From positions 177,756,001-177,820,000 of the forward strand of contig CM059425.1 of NCBI GenBank assembly GCA_030390025.1: a stretch of 64,000 nt of DNA. Direction: 5' to 3'. Below the pieces are notes generated by a model. It saw only the letters and a program-made list of their open reading frames with translations. It ran no database searches and was not told where the DNA came from. This DNA is from Squalus acanthias. Lineage: Eukaryota. The position numbers were made by a program, and so were the translations under genes. Every line of letters starts with the position of its first letter. Within the stretch, counting starts at the first letter, position 1. Positions 50,951 to 62,356 of this stretch are shown piece by piece.

Positions 50951-52046
50951 GTAAGCAGATTGGAGGGGCTGATAGCGGTCAGAGGAGGTGGGGAAGCCCG
51001 TGGCAGGGGAGGCCGGGTTTCCTTGTGGGGCCTGGAGGAGCACTCAAAACTGCCCAATGCATGCCTGTTAGAATGACACACGGCATGAGATAAGTCGGAT
51101 GCTGGTGAGGTGCACACTGCCACAAATTCAACTCACCACGTGCCCCATTCTCATTGGGTGCAGGAGGTTAAAATCGGGCTTTTAATTTATGGGAATGAGC
51201 ATTTTAGAGTTCATTTTTTTAACCTCTGAAGCTGCTTTAATGACTCAAAAACTAGCTTAACCTTCATAAGTTGGTTACACGTGGTTTTCTGCTGTCTTTC
51301 AAACATTACTTTACAGAACTTATTCTCCCGTTGAACTCTCCAGGCATCGAGCAGCTCTGGCAAGGAGTGCAGGTTGGGAAATCGTGGGCCTGCAGTGCCT
51401 AATTTTCCACAAGGAGTATGTGATCAGGGAATCGGGCCTTAATGTTTCCATTTCTTTACAGGTAGTCATCACAGCAACGCAGCATCCTGTGCAGTCTCCA
51501 ATGGTCTGGTCAATTGACTATAGGTTTGAAGTGTCTGTTCTGTGACTTGCAGCTTTCATTTAGGGTTGAAAGCTGCTGGAGGACGGGCTGGTGCGAGGGT
51601 AGGGAAGGGAACGGGGAACTGCAGCTTTTTATTGTGGATTGAGGATTTGGACCTTCAATTCCCTGCATGGTGCATTCGCAGTCTCAACTGAGCCATCAAG
51701 CAGATGCCAGGATCTTTTCCAGAGGGAGGCTAAAACAGGGTTCAGGCAGGGTGTCCAGTACATAAATTAATGGCATTGGCAGATGTCAGGGAGTAGGTCT
51801 ATAGTCCATTATCTTTGCCAGAGAAAGGTGCATTGCATATTGAAGAACCTCAAAGGGAAAAGGGAGAATTATGTTTATTCAAATAATGTCCGAGTGAGTA
51901 ATTACAATCTGAAATTACCAAGATACAGGCCTAGAAATTTGAACAGCTTACAAAAGCAAAATACTGCGGATGCTGGAAATCTGAAATAAAAACAAAATGC
52001 TGGAAATACTCAGCAGGTCAGGCAGCATCTGTAGAGAGAGAAACAG

Positions 52047-52083
52047 AGTTAACATTTCAGGTCGATAACCCTTCGTCAGAACT
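52047..52083 (-). ncRNA. Minimal hammerhead ribozyme (two substitutions)
   Basis: Reverse complement AGTT CTGACGA AGGGTT ATC GACCT GAAATGTT AACT. Confidence 0.6.
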
Positions 52084-52327
52084 GGAAAAAGTTGGAGATG
52101 TAACAGATTTTTAAGCAAGTGTGGGGGGAGGGGAGGAAAGAACAAAAGGGAAGATCTTTTGTTTCTTAACTTGTCCCATTACCATCTCCTTTTGCCTTGC
52201 ACCATCATCCCTTTTGTTTCTTAATCTCTCCTGCCTTCCATCCTATCACAGACTTTCCCTTTGTTCTTTCCTCCCCTCTCCCTGCCCCACACTTGCTTAA
52301 AAACCTGTTACATCTCCAACTTTTTCC

Positions 52328-52364
52328 AGTTCTGACGAAGGGTCATCGACCTGAAACGTTAACT
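52328..52364 (+). ncRNA. Minimal type I hammerhead ribozyme
   Basis: Identical 37-mer to 19294-19330. Confidence 0.8.
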
Positions 52365-52749
52365 CTGTTTCTCTCTACAGATGCTGCCTGACCTGCTGAG
52401 TGTTTCCAGTATTTTCTGCGAGAAATTCGAATCTTTAGCGCCAGCCGCTAAGGCTGGTTTTGAAGAAAAAATGGCGACTGGCCCGCAGCTGCCGCCATAT
52501 TGGGCAGGTCAGCAGCACTGTGCTCGCCGCAAGTATTTTAATTACCAGAAGCATGATGTCAATCGGCGTGCAATGCCGAATTGATGAACGCTCATCGATT
52601 TTGGATGTTGCTACTCCTCTTACCGTCCTCCCCAAAGCTCGCCCATGCGTGCAGCCATTGATGGTGCGTAGCGTCGGGAGAAGGCGGCAGTGCGAGATAA
52701 ACCGTACAGTAAACGGCTGTTGTGATAACTATGGAGAGGTCAGACTATA

Positions 52750-54245
52750 ACTGGAATTTTCACATTGCCGAGCGTGCGGGTTTGGAGCGGGTCGGCAGTT
52801 AAAAGCGCTGAAATTGACAACACGTGGGGAACCTGTCATCCCGCCAACTTCCGCATTTAACTGGGGCGCGTTTTGAAGCGCGCCACGGAACCGCTCGGGA
52901 AAGGAGGGCAACCTTATTGAAGTACTTAACTGCCCGTTGAGAGACCCTTAAGAGCCTTTTTAACGTGAGGTTTCATCTTTAACTGCTTGCGCAGGAGATT
53001 CACGAACCTCGGGAAGCTCATCTGTGAAGGCAAGGCAGAAGCTCGGTGGCTATGTGCAAGTTCATTAAGTGACAGCTGCAAAAAGCACATAAATACACAC
53101 ACCTTTACACCTGCTTTCGTGCCTAAGGGAAAGGCTCTGACTGACGCCATTTTATGCGCAGAATTTGCTTTCAGGAGTTTGCAGGTGATTTTTGCAACCT
53201 CGGAAGCCACTCTCACCACATTGCAAGTCACTCTCACTACATTGGAGGATTGTGCCTCTGATCTCCCCTTTACCTGGCATCTATCAACAACAACAACAAC
53301 TTGTATTTATATAGCGTCTTTAACGTAATAAAACGACCCAAGGTACTTCAATCAGCATGGATGGCGTTTATGCAGTTTCACCTTGGACCTCAGATTTAGA
53401 CCAAGATGAGCCCCAGCAGCAGCAGCAACAATCTCAGCAGCTTTCTCCTCATCAACCTGATGCTGCACAGGAGAGGGGATCAGTACAGGGGTGCACCGCG
53501 ACACCTCCAATACAGGGTATACAGGCGGAGGATGAGCTTCCTGGACATGACTGAACAGCGGTGCTTCAGGAGGCTCAGGCTATCGCGCCAGATCGTCAGA
53601 CATTTGTAGCTTGCTGGAAGAAGACGTGATGCTCAGAGGACCTAGTGGAGACGCCTGACCAGTGGCTGTCAGGGTCAGCACCGCCCTCAACTTCTTTACC
53701 TCAGGCTCCTTCCAGGGATCTGCAGCAGACATTTGCAGGATCTCGCAGTCGGCTGCCCATAAATGCATCACCCAGGTGACCGATGTCATGTTTCACAAGT
53801 CAGCCACTTTGCCACTGAGTGAGCACTCGGCTTTGCGGCTCTGGCTGACTTCCCACAGGTGCAGGGCGTCACCTGTGGCCATCAAGGCACCCCCACATCA
53901 CCCAGGAGTGTTTGTGAACTGTGGGATATTTAATTCTGTCACCAGGTTGCTGGGAGGTTCCCCTCTCCCAGTATTCCACCGCCAGCAGCTCTGCCACTCC
54001 ACTTATTTCGAGTGCCTCCTCCTCTGCTGGCGTCAAATTAGTGTATATTGGAGGGCCACCTCTAGTTGTTTCTCCTTTTTCTCTCCTGTTCTGTGCTGTC
54101 TTCTCCTGCAAGGAGGGAAATAAGAGAACTTTGAGTGAGAGTGAGGGAATGAGTGTAAGGGATGGATGAGCTATATCTGTAGAGGGTGACTATGAGGGAG
54201 TGGCATGCCATTGTCAAATGACCTCCTGTGGTGATACTTTCTGAT
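52750..54245 (+). mobile_element. Harbinger copy D (same family as copy A, about 2 kb internal deletion)
   Basis: Colinear with 1820-2985, then jumps near 53926 to the equivalent of 4977; polyQ start; [14 protein letters not shown]; short L2 tail inserted at 53285-53345. Confidence 0.85.
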
Positions 54246-54249
54246 TGCA

Positions 54250-55978
54250 TTAGAGTCATAGTCATAACAGCACAGAAGGAGGCCATTCGGCCCATCGCGT
54301 CCGTACCGGCTCTCTGTAGAGCTCCAACAACACTCAAGAAGCTCGACACCATCCAGGAAAAAGCAGCCCATTTGATTGGCACCCCATCCACCACCTTAAA
54401 TATTCACTCCCTCCACCACCGGCGTACTGTGGCTGCAGTGTGTACCATCTACAAGATGCACTGCAGCAACTCGCCAAGGCTTCTTCGGCAGCACCTCCCA
54501 AACCCGCGACCTTTTCCACCTAGAAGGACAAGGGCAGCAGGCGCATGGGAACGCCACCATCTCCAAGTTCCCCTCCAAGTCACACACCATCCTGACTTAG
54601 AAGTATATCGCTGATCCTTCATCATCGCTGGGTCAAAATCCTGGAACTCCCTACCCAACAGCACTGTGGGAGTACCTTCACCACACGGACTGCAGCGGTT
54701 CAAGAAGGCAGCTCGCTACCACCTTCTCGAGGGCAATTAGGGATGGACAATAAATGCTGGCCTTGCCAGCAACGCTCAGATCCCATAAGCGAATAAAATC
54801 CAGTCAGTTCCATTCCCCCGCTCTATCCCCGTAGCCCTGCAAGTTTATTTCCCTCAAGTGCCTATCCAGTCTCCCCTTGAAAAAATTGAACGTCTCCGCT
54901 TCCGCCACTTCTGTTGGCAGCGAGTTCCAGGTCCTTGTCAATCGCTGCATAAAAAGTTTTCCCTCACATCCCCCCTGTATCTCTTACCCAAAACCTTAAA
55001 TCTGTGTCCCCTAGTCCTTGTACCATCAACTAGTGGGAATAGCCTTTCCTCGTCGAGCCTATCCAAACCCGTCATAATCTTGTACACTTCTATCAAATCA
55101 CCTCTCAACCTCCTTTGCTTTATTGAAAACAAATCCAGCTTCTCCAACCTGTCCTTGTAGCTAAGATCACCCATCCCCAGAACCATTCTGGTAAATCTCC
55201 TCTGCCCCCTCTCAAGTGCCTGCACATCCTTCCTAAAGTGTGGTGACCAGAACTGGATGCAATACTCCAGTTGTGGCCTAACCAGTGCTTTATAAAGGTT
55301 CAGCATAACTTCACTACTTTTTGTACTCAATACCTCTATTTATGAAGCCCAAGAATCCCATATGCTTTGCTAACCACTCTCTCACTATGCCCCGCCAGGG
55401 ACATATGCACATTAACTCCCAGGTCCCTCTGTCCCTGCATACTCTTTAAAACTGTGCCATGAAGTGTATATTGCCTCTCTCTGTTCCTTCTACCAAAATG
55501 CATCACCTCACACTTCTCTGTATTAAATTCCATCTGCCCATTCTGCTAGCCTTTCTATGTCCTGTTGCAGTCGATTGGTATCATCCTCACTGTTTGCCAC
55601 ACCCCCAAGTTTGGTGTCCTCGGCAAATTTAGAAATTCTACTCTGTATTCCAATATCCAGGTCATTTATCAAAAAAAGCAGTGGTCCCAGCACTGACCCT
55701 TGGGGAACACCACTGTCTACCATCCTCCAGTCTGAAAAACAGCCATTTGCCACAACTCGCTGTTTTCTGTCCTTAAGCCAATTCCTTATCCAAGCTGCCA
55801 CTGATCCACCTATTCCATGAGCCTCAATGTTGTTAACCAGCATTCTATGTGGTACTTTGTCAAACGTCTTCCTAAAATCCATGTAGACAACATCCATTGC
55901 ATTCCCTTCATCAATCCTCCCTGTTACTTCATCAAAAACTCAATTAGATTAGTCAAACATGATCTGCCTTTTACAAAT
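54250..55978 (-). mobile_element. CR1 LINE RT/3' fragment
   Basis: DVVYMDFRKTFDKVPH, GVPQGSVLGP, KFAEDTKL and RPQLEYCIQFWSP. Confidence 0.9.
54320..54797 (+). mobile_element. LINE 3' fragment nested antisense in the CR1 3' UTR
   Basis: APTTLKKLDTIQEKAA...HSLHHRRTVAAVCTIYKMH; same family as 27948-28420. Confidence 0.85.
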
Positions 55979-58236
55979 CTGAGCCTGCGGTTTAAGACCC
56001 ACTCACCAGGTAGTGAATCCCCTATGCGATATGCAGGCTAGTGCGCTGCCACGGCTAGCTGCAAGATAGTGCATCCCCATCCCCCTCTTCCTCCAGCACC
56101 GTGGTGGAGCATAAACCTCTACACAGCAAACATCTGGGTGAAACATCTGTGGACCTATGGCAGCCAGTGAAGGTGGGAGGAGTACCAGGCAGTCTGGTAC
56201 CCATTTGTGGACCCCACACAAGACCCAGACAAATGTCCGAGAAAGTAAGAGGGGAGCCTTGGACAAACGAATGCCTCCTAATGTGCCACAATGGACAATG
56301 CTCCAACCCTACAAGGGCCTTGTGACCCAGCAAAACCCAGGAACTGCCACCAAATTATCCCAAACAGCACTGTTAATAGTTAACTGCCCGAGAATGCTGC
56401 ACCGATCCTTTAGACGCGACCTTCAACCTCTTGCTGATACCACTGGAGCCATTGCACAGGAGATTCTGCGCTCCGCTCATTTAAATCAGCAGGCAGCACC
56501 AAAATACCGGTGCTGCTGGCGGCCATTAACCTTAGCCCGTTTTCGGGCTTAATCGAATTTCTGAGCTATAGAGCCCTATGAAGACGAGCTCTAAATTGTC
56601 TTGGCTGTTTATCTGTTTTAGTTTTGTACTATAGATAAGTGCAGCAGTCTTTCTCTGAATTGTAGTTCTATTACAGCTCCTAAGCATTTATTTGTTCTGA
56701 TGTCTCAAAATCTGTAGTGATTCACTTGGGTGTGTTTTTATTTTTATTTCATATAGTACAACAATTTGAATATGAACTGAATGGTATCTAGATTTGTATC
56801 CACAGTGCTTAGTTGATCTCAGCTACCCAGTTGTAGATTAATGGTGAATGTCGATCATATCCTTCCTGTTGAAGAAGATAAGAGGGAAAGTTATGACTTG
56901 ATTGCAGTTACACATCTGCCAGTGGCTGGCTCAAGAGCAGATTGCATTTCTTTTTGGCAGTAGGTTGGTGTATAGTCCAGGAGGAGATGCAAGGGGGAGC
57001 GAGGAAATGACCTGAAAAAAATTATGTTCCCCCTTTTAAGAAAAGAAAGATTGTAATCCATCTCTTGGGTTTCTAATTTCCCAGTTAGCTGGGAGGTCGA
57101 GGCCTGCTTCCACAGCTTTGAAAGATTTACTTTGTGACTTCTCACCAGGAGGGCTGAATTGACCTCCTCCCCTGAGAAGCAGCAAATGTCTGCTCAGTGC
57201 TTTCTGCGAGATCAGGAACCCATCATACATACAACCACCTGCTTGAATTGGCAGCCTGCCATTTGGTGCAGTGTTTTTTAAAACAACAACTTTGAATTCC
57301 ATTTGTGAGTTTGAGGTTTGCACTTAGAGGAGGGAATTGGATTCAATGTTCCCCACCTAAAGTGAATGGGGGGAGTGGGGGAGGAGAGAATGAAATAGGA
57401 CTAAAAAAGCTAAGACAGACAAATGAAGTGAAAGATTAGATTAAAACATCTTGACAGAACATCCTCTCCCTACAAAATGAGTTGCATTCATGAAAGCCAC
57501 ATTCAACAGCACCCAACACAATTTAATCCTGAGAAATACATTTCCATTGCAATCTCTTGTTAATGCAACAGATTTGCTTCATCGAATTGCTCAATTTACC
57601 CATTGTACTTGGAGGGAAAGATTTTTGTTTTTCACCACAGAATGACTTTTCATGCCTTGTACGGTCTGTTGCTTAATTTTAGTTCTTTTTTTCCTGTCAT
57701 CTCACTATCTGCTACATTCATCATCTTCCTGCAAGTGAGAGAAGCATTGGCCAGAATTTTCCTTACCCTGGTGGGGTCAGTGTCCGTGGCATGTCCTAAC
57801 CCCGCTGCTGGCTCCATCACGCTGTACAGAATTTACTTACCTTAATGGGGCCTATTAAGCCCGCCCAGCACGTTACCCGGCCCAATTAGATGGAGCGGGT
57901 CTGGTGACATCATTCATGACGTGTTTTAAGCCGGGATCCTTAAAGGCACCATGGCCACATTACATTTTAAGTTCAATCTAACATAGTGGGTGTTGAATCT
58001 TTACTGTAGAATAATATAAGTTATATGAGTGACAAAGAAATATTTAAATAAAATTATCAATAAGTAATCTGACTCCATCTACAAATACGATCAAGAACAT
58101 AATTAAAAAAGTACATTAATTGTGAAGTTATTGGTGCTTGAGTCACAAACTTTTGTATCAGTAACTGGTACAAATAAAAGATGTGTGCATATAGGTAATA
58201 CAAAAAAATTAAGCAGATTTTAAACGTAACTGTAAA

Positions 58237-60360
58237 GGGGTGGATTTAATATCTTGCGCAAATTCAGAGAAACAGCTGCAGAATCCCTGACAAATGGTGT
58301 AAGTGGTGCTTACAATGGCCCGTTTTTTCCGATCCCTACGGGTGTGTACAAGCTGTGTACACACCTGCAGGGACCTCGCAAATGCCGGTTTCAGGCATGC
58401 GAAGCGCATGCGCTGAAAACCGGCATTTCCAATCTGTCAAGAATCCTCTTGACCGATCGCACGCCTGCCCTGGAGAAGGGCCTCTACGGGTGGAGAGTTC
58501 CGCTTTCTGCAGAACCTCCGCCCGCTGAAATCCCTTAAAAATCTTATGCCTGGTAAAAGCAGGCTGCTTTTACCAGCATAAGAGTTTAAAAAAAGTAAAA
58601 AAAAAAAATTTCACTCATTTTATAATTTAAAAATACTTTTAAAAAGGTAAGTTTATTTTTAGCCCTGTAATAAAACGTCAATTATTTTTTTCAAAATATT
58701 TAATTTAATGTAATTTTAACTCATTTTAAAAACGTGATGGTTTTTTAAAAATGTATTTAATGTTTTGATGTCTTTTTTCAGTGATCCCCATTCATACTTT
58801 TGACAGGTCTATCTGTTTATCTAAATGTTCTGTTATATGTTTCAATAAGACTCCAAAATTTTACCCACCACAGATGTTAGGCTAACTGGTCTATAATTTC
58901 CAGCCTTCTGCCTACTACTCTTTTTAAATAAGGGTGTTACATTAGCAGTTTTCCAATCTGCCGGGACCTTTGCTGAGTCCAGGGAATTTTGGAAAATTAT
59001 TACCAAAGCATCCACAATCCCTACTGCCACTTCCCTCAAGACCCTAGGATGTAAGCCATGAGGTCCAGGGGATTTATCCGCCTTGAGTCCCATTATTTTA
59101 CTGAGTACCAATTCCTTAGTGATTTTAATCGTATTTAGCTCCTCCTCCCCCCCCCCCCCCCCCCCCCAACCCAGTTTGTCCAGTGTTGGGATATTCTTAG
59201 TGTCCTCTACCGTAAAGAGTGAAACAAAATATTTGTTCAGCATTTTTGCCATCTCCATGTTTCCCACCATTAATTTCCCGGTCTCATCCTCTAAGGGACC
59301 TACGTTTGCCTTAGCCACCCGTTTTCTTTTTATATAACTATAGAAACTCTTGCTATCTGTTTTTATATTTTTTGCTAATTTATTTTCATAATCTATCTTC
59401 CCTTTCTTAATCAATCCTTTAGTTTCTTTTTGCTGTCTTTTGAAGACTTCCCAATCTTCTATCCTCCCACTAAGTTTGGCTACCTTATATGTCCTTGGTT
59501 TTTAGTCGGATACTATCCTTAATTTCTTTACTTAGCCACGGATGGCTGTCATTTCTTTTACACCCTTTTTTCCTCTGGAATATATTTCTTTTGAAAGTTG
59601 TAAAATAACTCCTTAAATGAACACCACTGCTCATGTACCGTCTTACCCTTTAATCTATTTTCCCAGTCCACTTTAATCAATTCCGCTCTCATACCATCAT
59701 AGTCTCCTTTATTCAAGCTCAGTACGCTTGTTTGAGAACCAACCTTCTCACCCTCTAATTGGATATGGAATTCAACCATGTTATGGTCACTCATTCCAAG
59801 GGGATCCTTAACTAGGACATTATTAATTAATCCTGACTCATTACACAGGACCAGGTCCAAGGTTGCTTACCCCCTTGTAGGATCAGTTACATACTGCTCA
59901 AGAAATCCATCCCTAATACACTCAATAAACTCTTCCTCAAGGCTGCCCTGCCCAATTTGATTTGTCCAGTTAATATGATAGTTAAAATCCCCCATAATTA
60001 TAGCTGTTCCCTTATTACATGCCCCAACTATTTCCTGATTAATACTTCTTCCAGTATGAAGGGGGATTCCCTTCTCCCATTGACTCGCCTGGCCCACGTG
60101 ATCCCAGGGACACTTGCGAACCGCATGCGCCCCTGGGATACGTGGGCCCTGCGTGTTTCGTCGTGGAGAGGCTCAGGATCGGAAATGGCTGGACCTCGGG
60201 AGCCCTCAGGAAAGGGCGTAGATTTTTTCCCGATAGGAGGCATCCGCACGTAGGAAGCCTCCTATCGGAAATTACGGGCCAATGTGTTTCTGGGATTTCT
60301 GCAGCTCTTCCGTTGAAGATAACAATGGCCAAGTGAGAGAACCTCCACAGAAATTCACCC
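58237..60360. mobile_element. Inner TIR element (Harbinger-type MITE)
   Basis: Ends GGGGTGGATTT and AAATTCACCC; GC-rich subterminal regions on both sides of the CR1 insert. Confidence 0.6.
58800..60052 (-). mobile_element. CR1 LINE internal fragment (APE C-terminus to RT start)
   Basis: IMGDFNY, DLVLCNE...LGMSDHNMVEF, KSPGPHGLHPRVLRE...GNYRPVSLTS. Confidence 0.92.
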
Positions 60361-62250
60361 TAAAGTCTCAGACTGAAAAATTCAGGGACTGAAAGCAAAT
60401 TGAACCAGTGGAATGAGTGATGAGAATGAAATTGTTACAGTTGAGGACTTGATTTAATATGTAACTGGACAATCATAGTATACTGAGAGAAAAACCTGAC
60501 CAGAAAAAACACATTATTTAAATGGTATATGTCATTTTTTATAGTGCCGATCAATTCACTGCAATTACTGTTCAGTTGGAAGGCAACAGCTGAGAATAGC
60601 CAGTGAAAAATTTACGTTTACCAGTAACTTTTCAAGTAGAACAGAATCTCCATCAATCTGTTAGCTGATGTAATCAACATGGTTTTTATTTTGGTTTGTT
60701 TTCCATGCTGTCAAGTAATCAGCTGGAGCAATGGCCACGGAACTCGCGTCTCAGGTTGACGGATGTAGTTCCAGAGCTGTGTGAATCCCGTGGCCATGCA
60801 GGGAAATTTAAAAAGATGGGGGGAAAAGGCTCTTAAGTGCCTGTAATGTACCTCATAATGATTTCAGTTGGGTCCCCCGCTGCTGCAGGTCAGGTCGGTT
60901 CCATGCTGACAGATGCGCCTATGGGAAAGGCGCGTGGGAGCGAGATGACAGCGGGTTCTCGACCCGCTGGCAAAAAAAAAAGCTTTCCCACCTGACCCGC
61001 CACCGATCACACCCGCTACCACCACGGAAAATTCAGCCCATTCTGTCTTAAACAGCACCACATCTATTGTCAGTACATTAGCCTGCAAATTTTATTCTGT
61101 GAAATATAATTCTTGGGCCTCAATGTAAGGACCTTTAGTTACCAATCCACTTCTTGTGTTTTAAAAATAAATGAAATTAATACTTTGTTTTCTTTTCTAG
61201 TAACTGAAGGTCACACCTGATGTCTTATTACATCACAATTGATGAACCTTTGTCATCTTCATTAAAACCACAACCCAATATTTGGCCTCTGATGTCCTCC
61301 TCGTTGTCATCTTCATTCTCATCACTGCATCTGCATTGGCCTAATTTTTGTTGTCTTCTGTCTCCTATTATTCTTGTCCCTTTTCTCAACTTCCCAGGCT
61401 GCGCATCGCTTCTTCATTTGCATCGTCTATTTTATGCCGGATCAGAATATACTTGCTCTCAGTTTTTGCAACAGTCTTCACAATTATTTTCTCGTGTACT
61501 CGAGCTGGAATTGCCTTACTGTGTGTGCATAGGCCTTGTAGAGCAAGTCCACCCTCCCCTATCTTGCCTCTTCTATTTCTGCAAAGTATCTTGGGTTTTT
61601 CCTCATCTGATATAAAATTCTTAATGATTTTGTTGAATCTTTCCCTACCAGCCTTCTAGTTGTGTTATACTCTTGAGGTAATTTTCGTTTTTGGTCTACC
61701 TGTTCTCATAAAGAGAGATGCAACTATGCTGCTTTAGTTTTGCATTCTATATTACCTAATGGAAGGCTGCTACCTCTCCAACATTTAAAAAAAATAAAGT
61801 CATGAAGTAATTCAACCAGTTCTTATGCAAATTAAGAGGCGTTCGTTGGAAGAATAGACTTTCTCCCAATTGGTCCTATAACCAGAGATCCGAACAAAAT
61901 TTCTTATGACACTGAATTTTAAGTGACATCTCCATTAAGATCAATTAAGGCCAGTGAGATCCCCAGAGAAGTGGGCGGAAATTTCAACTTTGGGGGTGTA
62001 AAACAGGTAGTAGTTTCAATGGAAAGGAAAATCGTGAGGGTGTACAATGGGCAGCTGATCTGTTACTGCCCATTTTATGCCCCTGTTTGAAGTTGAAAAT
62101 ACTGCTGTGTTTCCTGTCTACAAACTGAATTGGTTACCAATTCCACTGATCCACTTAATCTATTTTTGGTGATTAAATATTCTCATCCAGGCTCCCCTGA
62201 TGGCACAGTTGATAAAAGCAGTGTGATACATATAGACCAGAAAGTCCAGA

Positions 62251-62356
62251 TACAAAGGCAAAATACTGCGGATGCTAGAAATCTGAAATATAAACAGAAA
62301 ATGCTGGAAATACTCAGCAGGTCAGACAGCATCTATGGAGAGAGAAACAGAGTTAA
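62251..62356 (-). mobile_element. Short Penelope pLTR fragment inside an old DeuSINE (about 62190-62715)
   Basis: Matches 18330-18432; homology stops at GAGTTAA. Confidence 0.8.

Larger units (their letters stand above)
51949..52418. mobile_element. Inverted pair of Penelope pLTRs with no coding spacer
   Basis: 51975-52155 is the reverse complement of about 52250-52418; degenerate TSD C(T/G)AGAAATT(T/C)GAA at 51931-51943 and 52419-52431. Confidence 0.85.
51928..56567. mobile_element. Harbinger-type non-autonomous element acting as a container for nested inserts
   Basis: Left end GGCCTAGAAATT (continuing as AGAAATTCGA at 52421 after the Penelope insert); right end TCGAATTTCTGAGCT. Confidence 0.55.
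57749..61039. mobile_element. Harbinger-type MITE (outer element of a nest)
   Basis: TIRs GGCCAGAATTTTCC and GGAAAATTCAGCCC; ATT TSD at 57746-57748 and 61040-61042. Confidence 0.75.
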
